From Bacteroidia bacterium (GTDB taxonomy: Bacteria; Bacteroidota; Bacteroidia; J057; JAIXKT01), in assembly GCA_026932145.1 (NCBI GenBank), contig JAIXKT010000001.1, positions 45,786 through 109,785 on the forward strand: a DNA stretch of 64,000 nucleotides, given 5' to 3'. How positions within the stretch are numbered: the stretch's first letter is position 1; every line of letters begins with the position of its first letter. The notes under the pieces are model-generated. The model had not been told where the DNA came from, did not search any database, and saw only the letters and a program-made list of their open reading frames with translations. A program made the position numbers and the translations under genes. Shown here piece after piece: positions 25,991-36,681 of the stretch.

Positions 25991-28900
25991 TCATCGGTAA
26001 TAAAAGTTGAGATTTAGCCCTTGTAGTTTCTCAATAAACTCGGGGCTAATATTAACCCGATAACGAGCCGCTAATAAATTAAAATGTTCACCGGTATTTG
26101 AATCTCTTATCTTGAATTTCAACTGTTTATTACCGGAATTTTTTTGCACTAAGGTATGAATGTTCTGCATTAGATTTTCTTCTATATCAGAAGTATCCAA
26201 TTCTAATATAATTTCTTGTGTTTGTTTTTCACCTATTTCTGAAAGCAATTGAATTTGCTTTGGGCGAAAATCGAGGGAATCACTGTCTCTAAAACTTGGC
26301 TCCATTTGGCCACTAATGAGTAAACATTGGTTGATGTCTAAATAATTCTTAAACTTTATGTAATCATCTCCAAATAAGCTAATATCAATTGAGCCGGTAT
26401 AATCTTCAAACTGAAAGGTTGCATAACGTTTACCGGATTTTGATATTCGTTCTACTGTTTTGGTAACGATTCCCGCTATTTTGATGGTTTGCTGGGCTAA
26501 TGCTGATTCTAAATCTCGAATGGAATTGCTGGCAAAGCTGTTAATCTCAACCCGAAATTTATCTAACGGGTGTGCAGATAAGTAAAATCCAATAACTTCC
26601 CGTTCCTGCTTTAAGTCATCAAAAAGTGTCCAGTGCGGGTTTTCAGTGGGAGGTTGGGGCTTAGCTATTACCGGCGATTTAGAGGTATCCCCAAAAAGAG
26701 ATTTTTGTAGTGAGTTTTTTTCCTGAACTACTTTAGCAGCGTAGGCTAATAGTTTGTCAATAAAAGTACTATCAATCTGGTTGTCAAGAGTATAACAATT
26801 TCTGGGTATTTGGAAAGAATCAAATGCACCGGCTAAAGCCAATGATTCAAGGAGTTTTTTGTTCAATCCTTTTCCGTACATTCTGCTGCAAAAGTCATAA
26901 ATGCTGTGAAAACTTCCTTTTTCTTCTCGCTCTTTAATAATTGATTCGGAAACCGCCGTTCCAATTCCTTTGATAGCTCCTAATCCAAATAAAATTTGGG
27001 TTTCTCCATGAACAGAAAATAAATATTGAGAACGGTTGATTTCCGGAGGCAAGACAGCAATGCTCATTCTTCGGCATTCTTCAATGAAAAAAGTGATTTT
27101 GGATAAGTCATTCATGTTATGGGTTAGCACGGCAGCCATATATTGGCAGGGGAAGTTAGCTTTGTAAAAGGCTGTTTTAAATGCTAATACAGAATAAGCT
27201 GCCGAATGAGATTTGTTGAATCCATATTCAGCAAACTTTGCCATGGTATCAAAAATATCGTTAGCTTTTTCTTTCTCAATATTATTTTTAGCACATCCGG
27301 CCACGAAGTTTATGCGTTCTTTTTCCATAACTTCCGGTTTTTTCTTTCCCATAGCTCTACGGAGCAAGTCAGCTTGCCCTAAGGAATATTGGGCTAAGAC
27401 CTGAGCGCATTGCATAATCTGCTCTTGATAAACCATAATGCCGTAGGTGTTTTTTAAGATTGGCTCTAATAGTGGATGCGAATATTCAATAACAGAACGG
27501 CCATGTTTTCGGTCAATAAATAGTGGGATATTTTCCATAGGACCCGGACGATACAATGCGTTCATGGCAATTAAATCTTCAATATTGGTCGGTTTTAGTT
27601 GCCGTAGATATTTGCGCATTCCGTCAGATTCAAATTGGAATGTAGCTACTGTATCTCCTTGCTGGTAAAGTTGATACGTTTTTGCTTCAGTTAAATCAAT
27701 GGTATCATTGTTGATTATTTTACCGGTACTTTGCTGCACCAATAGCAGCGTAGTTTTGATGATAGAGAGAGTTCTGAGGCCGAGGAAATCCATTTTTAGG
27801 AGTCCGCAGGACTCTGAGCTTGGGCCGTCAAATTGGGTAGTTATGACTTTATCTTTGTTAATAGCTACCGGGACGTAATTAGAGATTTCGCCGGGGGCTA
27901 TGATTACACCTGCTGCATGAACGCCGGTTTGTCTGGCGGTTCCTTCTATAGTGCGGGCAGAAGCCATCATCTTGTTGATCTTAGGGTCTTGGCTACCAAA
28001 GATGGATTTTAGTTCTTGATAAGTATCCGGATTTTGTTCTTTATCAAGAGCATCTGCGAAACTGACATTGGGTTTATCGGGAATCAGTTTTGCGATGCGG
28101 TTTACTTCTTGTAATGGTACTTTAAGGGTTCTGCCGGCATCTCTCAAGGCCGTTTTTGCGCCCATTGTTCCGTAGGTAATAATCTGACAAACAGAGCTTC
28201 GGCCATATTCTTCAATGACGTAATCAATAACTGCTTGCCGGCCTTCGTCGTCAAAGTCTATGTCTATATCCGGTGGGGAAATTCGTTCGGGGTTCAAAAA
28301 TCGTTCAAAGAGTAACGCATATTGCAGTGGGTCAATATCAATGATTCCGATACAATAGGCGACTACAGATCCGGCGGCAGATCCGCGCCCAGGTCCCACA
28401 AACACACCACGTCTTCGTGCCTCACTCGTAAAACTCTGAACAATCAAAAAATATCCGGCAAACTTCATATTCTTGATGATTTGCAGCTCATTTTCAATAC
28501 GTTCACTTATTTCACTTGTTATTTCAGAATAACGTTTTTTAGCACCTTCCCATGTTAGATATTTTAGATAAGTATCATTATCTTCAAATCCTTCCGGCAT
28601 TCGGTAGGTTGGCAGCAGTAAGTCGCTGTTTAGATTTAGGTTAAAGTTGCATTTTTCGGCTATTTCTAAGGTATTGGTAAGGGATTCCGGATAGTCAGAA
28701 AACAAATCAGCCATTTCTTGTTGGGTTTTGAAGAAAAATCGCGGATTTAATTGTTGATTATCATCCGTAAAGCGGAATCGTTTAGGGTCATCGTAATCAG
28801 CATTAGTTTGTAATGCTAACAACAAATCATGGGCTTCGCTATCCTGCACATTCACATAGTGAACGTCATTGGTAGCAATCATTTTGACAGAATGTTTTTT

Positions 28901-29470
28901 AGCCCATTTTACCAAAACTGCATTACATTTATCTTGGTCTGCTAAGCCATGTCTTTGTAACTCAATGTAATAGTTATCTCCAAAAATAGCTAAGTATCCC
29001 AGAAATATCTTTTCGGCTTCTTGTTCTCCTTTGTTTAATATTGCTTGGTTTATTTCTGAGGCAATGCAGCAGGTTGTGGCTATTATTCCGGTGGAATATT
29101 GGGTTAATAATTCTTTGGATATACGAGGTTTGTAGTAAAAACCCTCTGTATAAGCTAAAGAACTTAGTTTAATCATGTTTTTATATCCAACATCATTGCA
29201 GGCAAACAAGATTTGGTGGTAAATTTTATTTTCTGGAGACTTATCATCGAGTTTTCCGGAAACCAAGTAAAATTCAGAGCCGATAATCGGTTTGATTTTT
29301 TTTTCTCTACATTTAAGTACAAATTTAGGGACACCGAACATGTTGCCGTGGTCAGATATGGCTAACGCGCTCATTTTTAAGCGTTCAGCTTTAGATACTA
29401 AGTCTGTAATCTTGCTTGCGCCATCTAAAAGCGAAAATTCTGTGTGGGTATGCAAATGCACAAATTCCAT
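25991..29470 (-). CDS. dnaE: DNA polymerase III alpha subunit
   Basis: PHP domain start MEFVHLHTHTEFSLLDGA. At 1159 aa it includes the polymerase core and an OB-fold region. Confidence 0.95.
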   Translation of the reverse strand: MEFVHLHTHTEFSLLDGASKITDLVSKAERLKMSALAISDHGNMFGVPKFVLKCREKKIKPIIGSEFYLVSGKLDDKSPENKIYHQILFACNDVGYKNMIKLSSLAYTEGFYYKPRISKELLTQYSTGIIATTCCIASEINQAILNKGEQEAEKIFLGYLAIFGDNYYIELQRHGLADQDKCNAVLVKWAKKHSVKMIATNDVHYVNVQDSEAHDLLLALQTNADYDDPKRFRFTDDNQQLNPRFFFKTQQEMADLFSDYPESLTNTLEIAEKCNFNLNLNSDLLLPTYRMPEGFEDNDTYLKYLTWEGAKKRYSEITSEISERIENELQIIKNMKFAGYFLIVQSFTSEARRRGVFVGPGRGSAAGSVVAYCIGIIDIDPLQYALLFERFLNPERISPPDIDIDFDDEGRQAVIDYVIEEYGRSSVCQIITYGTMGAKTALRDAGRTLKVPLQEVNRIAKLIPDKPNVSFADALDKEQNPDTYQELKSIFGSQDPKINKMMASARTIEGTARQTGVHAAGVIIAPGEISNYVPVAINKDKVITTQFDGPSSESCGLLKMDFLGLRTLSIIKTTLLLVQQSTGKIINNDTIDLTEAKTYQLYQQGDTVATFQFESDGMRKYLRQLKPTNIEDLIAMNALYRPGPMENIPLFIDRKHGRSVIEYSHPLLEPILKNTYGIMVYQEQIMQCAQVLAQYSLGQADLLRRAMGKKKPEVMEKERINFVAGCAKNNIEKEKANDIFDTMAKFAEYGFNKSHSAAYSVLAFKTAFYKANFPCQYMAAVLTHNMNDLSKITFFIEECRRMSIAVLPPEINRSQYLFSVHGETQILFGLGAIKGIGTAVSESIIKEREEKGSFHSIYDFCSRMYGKGLNKKLLESLALAGAFDSFQIPRNCYTLDNQIDSTFIDKLLAYAAKVVQEKNSLQKSLFGDTSKSPVIAKPQPPTENPHWTLFDDLKQEREVIGFYLSAHPLDKFRVEINSFASNSIRDLESALAQQTIKIAGIVTKTVERISKSGKRYATFQFEDYTGSIDISLFGDDYIKFKNYLDINQCLLISGQMEPSFRDSDSLDFRPKQIQLLSEIGEKQTQEIILELDTSDIEENLMQNIHTLVQKNSGNKQLKFKIRDSNTGEHFNLLAARYRVNISPEFIEKLQGLNLNFYYR

Positions 29471-29658
29471 AATGCGAAGGTATTTAAGGTTCAGGGGAAC
29501 TTATTAACGAGTTTTTAGAAATTTACTGTGAATAAATTTTATGAAAGTTAGATTATTTTAGCATTGTGGCAGCAGGGTAGGAGAGAAGTATTTTAGCATA
29601 ACGATTAGGTTTGATAAATTGGTTAAATTCCTTAATTTGCATCAGTAAGCAAATAGCT

Positions 29659-30864
29659 ATGTTGCAGGCAAATGATGCTTTTCCTTTAGAATGTCAATGG
29701 AAAATCTGGTTATCTGATAACGAACAACTCTCCAAACTTCGGTTAGTTCAATTTGAAAAGGCTGATAATCTGCCACTTATTTGGGATTCTATGGCTAACC
29801 AAAACCCATTAGTAAGCCGTAATCATCTTTCAGCCCTCGAAAATGCCAATGCAGATTTGGCTGCATTTTACTTTATACTTTATGAAGGTGATAAGCCGCT
29901 TACTTGTTTTTATTTTCAGCTAATAACGCTATCTCGTAATAATTACGATAAATTTTCTGAAAAAAAATGGCTGAACGAACTTTTTGGCCTTTATATCAAC
30001 CATCGTAAATATGGATTGTTGATTTGCGGAAGTATTTTTCACAGCCATTTTCAAGGGATTTTTAGCAATCAAAATGTATCTAATGAATTAATATTGCGTG
30101 CTTTATGTCGTTCTATAGATAGGATTCGTTCTAAGAAAAAGGTCTCTGCCATCTTGCTAAAAGATACGCCATTATGGATTCAAACTATTTTACAAAAAGA
30201 TTCTGCCGGTTTTACAAAATTACCCGATGATATTTCTATGGAAATGGAAATCCCAAATTCTTGGATAACTTTTGAGGATTATTATCAATCCTTAACGGCT
30301 AAATACGCAACTCGGGTTCGTAAGGTTAGGCAGAACTTAGATACCGTTGTTAGAAAGGAGTTAAGTCTGCAAGAAATTCAAATTTATCAAAAACAAATTC
30401 ATAACTACTATTTGCAAATACTTCAAAAACAATCTATTAGAATAGGAATTATCCCTGAAAATTATTTTTATGCTATAAAACAAAGGTTACCGGAAAACTT
30501 TTGGGTATTTGGATATTTTCACAAAGAAGACTTAGTAGCGTTCTCAACAGGTTATTCTTTTGAACAAACGATTGAGGTTCATTATATTGGTTTTGATTCA
30601 GTTAGGAATAATGAATTATCCTTATACTTTAATATTTTATTGGATGGAGTTTCGGATGCTATTTTGCAAAAGAAGAAAAAATTAATCTTAGGCAGAACAG
30701 CTTTAGAAGCAAAGGCAATTCTTGGCTGCAAGCCTAAGATTTTGTATAACTATTTAAGAACGCATAGCAGTTTGCTTTCTTGGAGTGTCGAACTCTTTTA
30801 TGAATGGTTTCAGCAAGGGCAAAACGAAAACTGGAAAAATCGGAACCCATTTAAAAGAACGTAA
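29659..30864 (+). CDS. Hypothetical protein, possibly a GNAT/FemAB-like (BioF2-like) acyltransferase fold
   Basis: Size and C-terminal pattern (VHYIGFDS...LYFNILLDGV...LGRTALEAKAILG) resemble BioF2-like acetyltransferase domains. This is a weak call. ATG at 29659 is preferred over the TTG at 29611. Confidence 0.4.
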   Translation: MLQANDAFPLECQWKIWLSDNEQLSKLRLVQFEKADNLPLIWDSMANQNPLVSRNHLSALENANADLAAFYFILYEGDKPLTCFYFQLITLSRNNYDKFSEKKWLNELFGLYINHRKYGLLICGSIFHSHFQGIFSNQNVSNELILRALCRSIDRIRSKKKVSAILLKDTPLWIQTILQKDSAGFTKLPDDISMEMEIPNSWITFEDYYQSLTAKYATRVRKVRQNLDTVVRKELSLQEIQIYQKQIHNYYLQILQKQSIRIGIIPENYFYAIKQRLPENFWVFGYFHKEDLVAFSTGYSFEQTIEVHYIGFDSVRNNELSLYFNILLDGVSDAILQKKKKLILGRTALEAKAILGCKPKILYNYLRTHSSLLSWSVELFYEWFQQGQNENWKNRNPFKRT

Positions 30865-30887
30865 TTAATAATACATAAATTCCTGAT

Positions 30888-31346
30888 TTACAGGAATTTA
30901 TGTATTATTTCATTACAAGTTCTTAGGCAAATCTGATATACATTTTCAAAGTCATCAATATCTCCAAAGTAAGGGTCGGGGGTTTCTAAGTCGCCGTTAT
31001 GTAAGGGGTCAAATTCCCTAAAAAGAAAAATTTGGCTCTTGCAGGATTCCGGCTTCAGGCTAATTACGGTTTTATGAATCCTATTATCCATTGTAAAAAT
31101 AAAATCAAATTCTTGATAATCAGATTCTTGTATTTTTCTGGCAAAATGATTTAGTTTAACACCATATTTTTCACAAACGGCTATTGTTTTGCTAAATGGT
31201 CGTTCACCAACATGATTAGCCAAAGTAGCTGCCGAATCAATCACTTGATTTTGGATATTATTTTGTCTAAGTAATTGGTTCATAACGCCTTCTGCCATTG
31301 GCGAACGGCAAATATTTCCTAAGCAAACAAATAAAATAGCGGGCAT
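30888..31346 (-). CDS. Low-molecular-weight protein-tyrosine phosphatase
   Basis: P-loop CLGNICRSPMAEG (CX5R-S) with the DPYFG Asp loop. Confidence 0.9.
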   Translation of the reverse strand: MPAILFVCLGNICRSPMAEGVMNQLLRQNNIQNQVIDSAATLANHVGERPFSKTIAVCEKYGVKLNHFARKIQESDYQEFDFIFTMDNRIHKTVISLKPESCKSQIFLFREFDPLHNGDLETPDPYFGDIDDFENVYQICLRTCNEIIHKFL

Positions 31347-31504
31347 AAATTTTACGGCGCAAGATAATGAGTTTTAGCTTCTTTTAAGGTAGAGTTAAAT
31401 TTAAAATATACTCTATTTAACATAATATAACTTATGGGACAATTTTATTTGTAATAATACCACTAATTTAAAGCTGCTTTATGGCAGATTATTACTTGAA
31501 ACCG

Positions 31505-31512
31505 TAACTTTG
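31505..31512 (+). promoter_or_regulatory. Bacteroidota -7 promoter box TAACTTTG upstream of pheT
   Basis: Exact match to TAnnTTTG, ending 7 nt before the ATG at 31520. Confidence 0.5.
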
Positions 31513-31519
31513 CTGCACA

Positions 31520-33904
31520 ATGAAAATCTTACATAGTTGGCTAAAACAGTTTGTTGATTTAGAAGATTATACACCGCAACAGATTGCCCACATTTTAACC
31601 ATGTCCGGGCTTGAAGTTGAACATATCGAAACAAAACTTAAAGTTTTTGGAAACTTATCCGGCGTGGTTATCGGTAAAGTTGTTAGCTGCGAGCAGCACC
31701 CCAATGCCGATAAACTAAAAGTTTGTCAAGTAGATATTGGAGAAACTGATTTGTTATCAATTGTTTGCGGTGCATCAAACGTAGCTGCTAATCAGTTTGT
31801 ATTTGTAGCCAAAATAGGAACAACTTTATACCCTATTGATTCAGAACCTATTACAATTAAAAAATCCAAGATTCGCGGTCTTGAGTCTTGTGGCATGATT
31901 TGCGCCGAAGACGAATTAGGGATCGGCACAAGCCATGAAGGAATTATTGTTTTGAAAGATTCCCCGCAAGTTGGAAGTACTGCCTCACAATATCTCAATT
32001 TAGCGCCGGATTATGTTTATGAAATTGGCCTCACCCCTAACCGTACAGATGCAATGGGACATTGGGGCGTTGCCAGAGAATTAGCAGCTCTCATTAACCG
32101 CCCCTTTATCCCACCCGCCGTTAAACCACGTACAGAAATAAACCAAACAACACCATTCCTAATAGAAGTCATTGAAAAAAAGGCAGTTCCAAAATATTTT
32201 GGTGTTTTTATTTATGGAATAAAGCCAGCCATTACTCCGGATTGGATACAGCAGCACCTTGCCGCAATCGGCGAAAGATGTGTTAATCCAATCGTTGATG
32301 TAACCAACTTTGTCTTGTTTGAGTCCGGCCAGCCCTTACATGCTTTTGATATAGAAAAATTAGCATCTCCCAGACTTACAGTACGTTATGCAAAACGTAA
32401 TGAGCTGTTTGAGGGATTAGGGCAAAAAAAAATTTCCCTTTCGGCACAAGATATTGTTATTGCTGACGAAACCCAAACGGCCTGCTTAGCCGGTATTTTA
32501 GGGGGAAACTTCTGTGCCGTTGATGAGCAAACGACTAATATCTTCTTAGAAGCTGCTTATTTTGAACCCAATCATATTCGCAAAACTGCCCGAAAATTAG
32601 GGCTACACACACCTGCATCATTTCGCTTTGAGCGCGGCTGCGACCCAGATATAATTCCCTACGCCCTCCAAAGAGCTACCGAACTTATTTTAGAATATTT
32701 TGGCGGAGAAGCTACCGGAATATTAACACCTGAAAATCAAAGAATTGAACCCAAAAGAATCCTGTTTTCACCCCAAAAAGCAATTCAACTTATCGGGCAA
32801 AATATCCCCACTGAAACTATTTTTGACATTCTGACCAAATTGGGAATGGTTATCCTCTCTCCCGCTGACCAGCCGGAATGGATTATTGAAGTACCCCATT
32901 TTAGGCATGATGTAACCCGTTTCCAAGATATTATTGAAGAACTGTTGCGTTTTTATGGATTAGATAATATCAACTCAGCCCCAAAACTCAATGCTTCGCC
33001 AGTATTCACCGCAAACCCAGATTATCATTTTCGGTTTCGAGTTTGTGATAGATTAGCCGGAAGAGGTTTCTCACAAATATTAACTAACTCATTGATTCAC
33101 AGAAAATATACATCAGATAATTCAATTAATTTATTAAATCCACTAAGCGAAGATTTGGCTATTTTAAGAAATTCATTGTTACCCGGAATTTTAGAAGTAG
33201 TTGCCTTTAACCACAATCGAAAAAATACCAATTTGCGTATTTTTGAATGGGGAAAAACATATCTTCATGCTGATAATCAATACAATGAAGAAAAATACTT
33301 AGCATTATGCGTTACAGGAAATAATTTTCCGGATTCATGGCAAAATCCTAAAATTCCGGTAAATCTACTCACAATCAAAGGAGAAACAGAAAATTTACTC
33401 ACCGAGTTAGGCATTGATTATCAATGGAAAAAAACAGATTCTGACTTAGAATTGCAGGATAGCTTGGTATTAATTTCCCAGAATAATCCTATCGGAAAAA
33501 TAGGAACTATTAATCCAGAATTGATTCAAGACTTTGATATTAAGCAAGATGTATTTGTATCGGTCTTAAATTGGGAAAAAATCGCTTCGCTTTCGCAGCA
33601 AGTTCGAGTAAAGTTTAAAGAGATTCCGCGCTTCCCATCTGTTCACAGAGATTTAAGTTTAGTATTAATTCAAAAAATTGATTTTGAGGAAATTAAGAAA
33701 ATCGTATTCCAAACTAATCCGAAATTAATTCGTAAAGTAACGCTATTTGATAAGTTTCAGCCTAAAAATCAGCCCGTTTGTTATGGAATATCTGTGGAAT
33801 TGTATGACGAACAAAAAACATTGACAGATGCACGTATTGAACAAACAATGCAGCAAATAATTAGCCGGTTAGAAGAAACTCAAAAAATAAAACTTAGGTC
33901 ATAA
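31520..33904 (+). CDS. pheT: Phenylalanine--tRNA ligase beta subunit
   Basis: MKILHSWLKQFVDL start, with tRNA-binding, B3/4, B5 and FDX-ACB regions. 794 aa. Confidence 0.95.
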   Translation: MKILHSWLKQFVDLEDYTPQQIAHILTMSGLEVEHIETKLKVFGNLSGVVIGKVVSCEQHPNADKLKVCQVDIGETDLLSIVCGASNVAANQFVFVAKIGTTLYPIDSEPITIKKSKIRGLESCGMICAEDELGIGTSHEGIIVLKDSPQVGSTASQYLNLAPDYVYEIGLTPNRTDAMGHWGVARELAALINRPFIPPAVKPRTEINQTTPFLIEVIEKKAVPKYFGVFIYGIKPAITPDWIQQHLAAIGERCVNPIVDVTNFVLFESGQPLHAFDIEKLASPRLTVRYAKRNELFEGLGQKKISLSAQDIVIADETQTACLAGILGGNFCAVDEQTTNIFLEAAYFEPNHIRKTARKLGLHTPASFRFERGCDPDIIPYALQRATELILEYFGGEATGILTPENQRIEPKRILFSPQKAIQLIGQNIPTETIFDILTKLGMVILSPADQPEWIIEVPHFRHDVTRFQDIIEELLRFYGLDNINSAPKLNASPVFTANPDYHFRFRVCDRLAGRGFSQILTNSLIHRKYTSDNSINLLNPLSEDLAILRNSLLPGILEVVAFNHNRKNTNLRIFEWGKTYLHADNQYNEEKYLALCVTGNNFPDSWQNPKIPVNLLTIKGETENLLTELGIDYQWKKTDSDLELQDSLVLISQNNPIGKIGTINPELIQDFDIKQDVFVSVLNWEKIASLSQQVRVKFKEIPRFPSVHRDLSLVLIQKIDFEEIKKIVFQTNPKLIRKVTLFDKFQPKNQPVCYGISVELYDEQKTLTDARIEQTMQQIISRLEETQKIKLRS

Positions 33905-33965
33905 ATTATTGATTACCAGCTTAAAATAACGTTTCTATTAAATAATAACTTTGATTATATTTTTG

Positions 33966-33973
33966 TAACTTTG
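33966..33973 (+). promoter_or_regulatory. Bacteroidota -7 promoter box TAACTTTG upstream of era
   Basis: Exact TAnnTTTG match, ending 4 nt before the ATG at 33978. Confidence 0.5.
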
Positions 33974-33977
33974 AAAG

Positions 33978-34889
33978 ATGGATAACATAAATTATCCGGA
34001 AAGTCATAAATCCGGGTTTGTAAGTATTGTTGGCAAGCCAAATGTGGGAAAATCTACCCTTTTGAACGCATTGCTTGACCAAAAATTGTGTATCGTTACG
34101 CCTAAGGCTTCTACTACGCGCCACCGAATTTATGGAATACTTAATGAGCCAGCCGTTCAAATAATCTTTACAGATACTCCCGGTTATATCAAAAAAACAT
34201 ATAACCTGCACCACGCTATGATGCACGACTTCTCTATTGCCCTTGAAGATAGCGAAATCGTATTATTGGTAGTTGACCCTGATGAGCATTTTCCCGAACA
34301 AGAGTTATTTGAACAATTACTTAAACATAAATCACATATATTTCTGGTTATCAATAAAATAGACTTATATAGTAAACAAAAAGTTGAAGATAAAATTGCC
34401 GCAGTATCTAAGATCTTACCTATTGCAAAAGTGTTTAGGGTGTCTGCCATTCAAAAAACGGGGTTAGAGGAAATCAAGAACGCAGTAATAGATACGCTTC
34501 CCGAAGGCCCCCCTTATTTTGATAAGCAAGCAATATCTGATAAACCGGAGCGTTTTTTTGTTGCTGAATTTGTTCGTGAACAACTATTTTTAAACCTTCA
34601 TGAAGAACTTCCATATAGCTGCGAAGTTTATATAACAACCTTTAAACCAGATGGAAACAAAATTTTTATTGACGCAGAAATTCATGTAGATAAGAAATCC
34701 CATAAGGGAATGATTATTGGCAAGCAAGGGCAAATGATTAAAGTCATTAGGAAGGCAGCACAAGCCGAAATAGAGGCTTTTTTAGGCACACCGGTTTATC
34801 TTTCATTATACGTTCGTATTACCGAAGACTGGCGGCAATCACGGTTTCGTTTATCTCAATTTGGATATGTTTTACCTAAACAACTTTAA
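33978..34889 (+). CDS. era: GTPase Era
   Basis: G1 is GKPNVGKST, G3 is DTPG and G4 is NKID. A C-terminal KH domain is present. Confidence 0.95.
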   Translation: MDNINYPESHKSGFVSIVGKPNVGKSTLLNALLDQKLCIVTPKASTTRHRIYGILNEPAVQIIFTDTPGYIKKTYNLHHAMMHDFSIALEDSEIVLLVVDPDEHFPEQELFEQLLKHKSHIFLVINKIDLYSKQKVEDKIAAVSKILPIAKVFRVSAIQKTGLEEIKNAVIDTLPEGPPYFDKQAISDKPERFFVAEFVREQLFLNLHEELPYSCEVYITTFKPDGNKIFIDAEIHVDKKSHKGMIIGKQGQMIKVIRKAAQAEIEAFLGTPVYLSLYVRITEDWRQSRFRLSQFGYVLPKQL

Positions 34890-36132
34890 AATTGGCTGTT
34901 TTGGGCTTCTTCTAAGCTGCTTAACGGCATTAAACTGTTTTTCCCAAAAAGAATTACGTACCGAAGACTGGATTTATGAACCCCAAATAAAAACCGTTCA
35001 ATTCTATCTGAATGACAAACAGATGAGCTTCCCGGCTATCTCTTTAAAGGCTAAACAAGATTACTTGACTTTGAGTTTTGATGAGATGGGAACAGAACTC
35101 TCTGACTTTACAGTAGAAATTGCGAACTGCACCCAAAATTGGGAAGTATCAATGCTGTTGTCTTTGGAATTTTATCAAGGACTACCCACCTCCTCGATTT
35201 TACAACGCGCTCTTTCTCGTATGACCCGTGTACCGTACATACATTATACTTTTCTCCTTGAAAATCAGTTTCTTATGTCCGGAAATTATCTCTTAAAAGT
35301 ATATCGAAATGGAGACCCAAGCGATTTGGTTATTACAAGAAGATTTATTGTTTATGAGCAATCTGTGATAGTTCAAGCGCAAGCTATTAATACCCAAGAT
35401 GTTGCACAAAGACAAAAAATGCAACACGTTGCATTTGAGCTATATCCAGGTGGTTTATCAATTATTAATCCATATCAAGATATACAAGTAACTGTTTTAC
35501 AGAATTTTAGATGGAATACTTCAAAATCTAAGTTAAACCCTACTTTTATAGCACCTGATAAAATCGAGTATCGTTTTGATGCCCAAACAGATTTTTGGGG
35601 AGGTAATGAATTTAGAAAATGTGATATTAGAACTTTTCGTTTAAAAAGTATGACGGTTGAGGCTATTGAAGATAAAGGTAATTTTTACCAAATCTGGCAG
35701 TATCCTGATAAGCCGCGTCAGTTTAACCCTTATTTTACTGCCAAAGATTGGAATGGGGATTATCAAGTATTTACTACCGATGCTGATAACGCAACCATAG
35801 AGGCAGATTACGTCAATACAGTATTTCGATTACAGTCTGAAAAATATTCTACTCCCGTTTATATATTCGGTAAATTTTCGGATTGGAACTTGCTCCCACA
35901 AAATAAATTGGTCTGGACTGGCAATCAATATCAAATTGATATACCTTTAAAACAAGGTATTTACGATTATCAGTATGCTATTTTAGAAAATAATATTCCT
36001 AATGAAACTTTGATAGAAGGTTCTCATTTTGAAACTGAAAATTACTATACAGTATTGGTTTATTACCGTCAGCCAACAGACCGCAGCGACAAACTTATCA
36101 GCTACAAGAATATAAACTATTATGATAGATAA
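34867..36132 (+). CDS. DUF5103-like protein (possibly T9SS plug-protein family)
   Basis: Signal peptide present. IKTVQFYLNDKQMSFPAISL....LTLSFDEMG...FTVEIANCTQNWEVS fits my recollection of the DUF5103 N-terminal domain. The family call needs an HMM check. Confidence 0.5.
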   Translation: MFYLNNFKIGCFGLLLSCLTALNCFSQKELRTEDWIYEPQIKTVQFYLNDKQMSFPAISLKAKQDYLTLSFDEMGTELSDFTVEIANCTQNWEVSMLLSLEFYQGLPTSSILQRALSRMTRVPYIHYTFLLENQFLMSGNYLLKVYRNGDPSDLVITRRFIVYEQSVIVQAQAINTQDVAQRQKMQHVAFELYPGGLSIINPYQDIQVTVLQNFRWNTSKSKLNPTFIAPDKIEYRFDAQTDFWGGNEFRKCDIRTFRLKSMTVEAIEDKGNFYQIWQYPDKPRQFNPYFTAKDWNGDYQVFTTDADNATIEADYVNTVFRLQSEKYSTPVYIFGKFSDWNLLPQNKLVWTGNQYQIDIPLKQGIYDYQYAILENNIPNETLIEGSHFETENYYTVLVYYRQPTDRSDKLISYKNINYYDR

Positions 36133-36169
36133 TTGACAAGTTTTTTATTTTTTAAAAAACTTGTCAATT
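36131..36169. terminator. Bidirectional terminator-like perfect inverted repeat between convergent genes
   Basis: AATTGACAAGTTTTTT (36131-36146) pairs with AAAAAACTTGTCAATT (36154-36169). It overlaps the last codons of nusB. Confidence 0.55.
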
Positions 36170-36681
36170 TTGGATACCTGCCCCTGCTCTAACAGGTGAT
36201 AATAAGTTCTATCTAAAATCCCGTTCAAAAATTGCGGACTTTCCGGAGAAGAATATAGCTTAGCAATTTCTAAATATTCATTAATAGAAATCTGAACGGG
36301 TATTGACTCCATCGTTTTGATTTCATGTAAAGCAAGTGTTAAAATCACTTTGTCTATTAAGTGCGTTCGGCTAATATTCCATCTACTATTGGTAAACTTA
36401 GATAGTAGCTCGATATACTCTTTCCAGCTATTGATTGTTCCGAAATACAGTTTTTCAATAAAGTCTAAGTCGTTTTCGACCTTTCCTTTTTTGTCTTGCA
36501 TTTGTAGGGATACCTTTTGGGAAAATTCGCGTAGATGTTGCTCAAAACATTCTACGGCAGTATTTCCGGAGGCCATGCACGCAAAAACAGCTTTCATAAC
36601 AGCGATTCTCATTTCTCGTCTTGAAATTCGAACCGTTGGGTCTATTACGGGAATATCTGAATCGTCTTCGTCGGTTACCAC
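36145..36681 (-). CDS. nusB: Transcription antitermination factor NusB
   Basis: SRREMRIAVMKAVFA start of the NusB fold, a helical protein of 178 aa. It lies downstream of and overlaps the dehydrogenase gene by 7 nt. Confidence 0.75.
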   Translation of the reverse strand: MVTDEDDSDIPVIDPTVRISRREMRIAVMKAVFACMASGNTAVECFEQHLREFSQKVSLQMQDKKGKVENDLDFIEKLYFGTINSWKEYIELLSKFTNSRWNISRTHLIDKVILTLALHEIKTMESIPVQISINEYLEIAKLYSSPESPQFLNGILDRTYYHLLEQGQVSKIDKFFKK

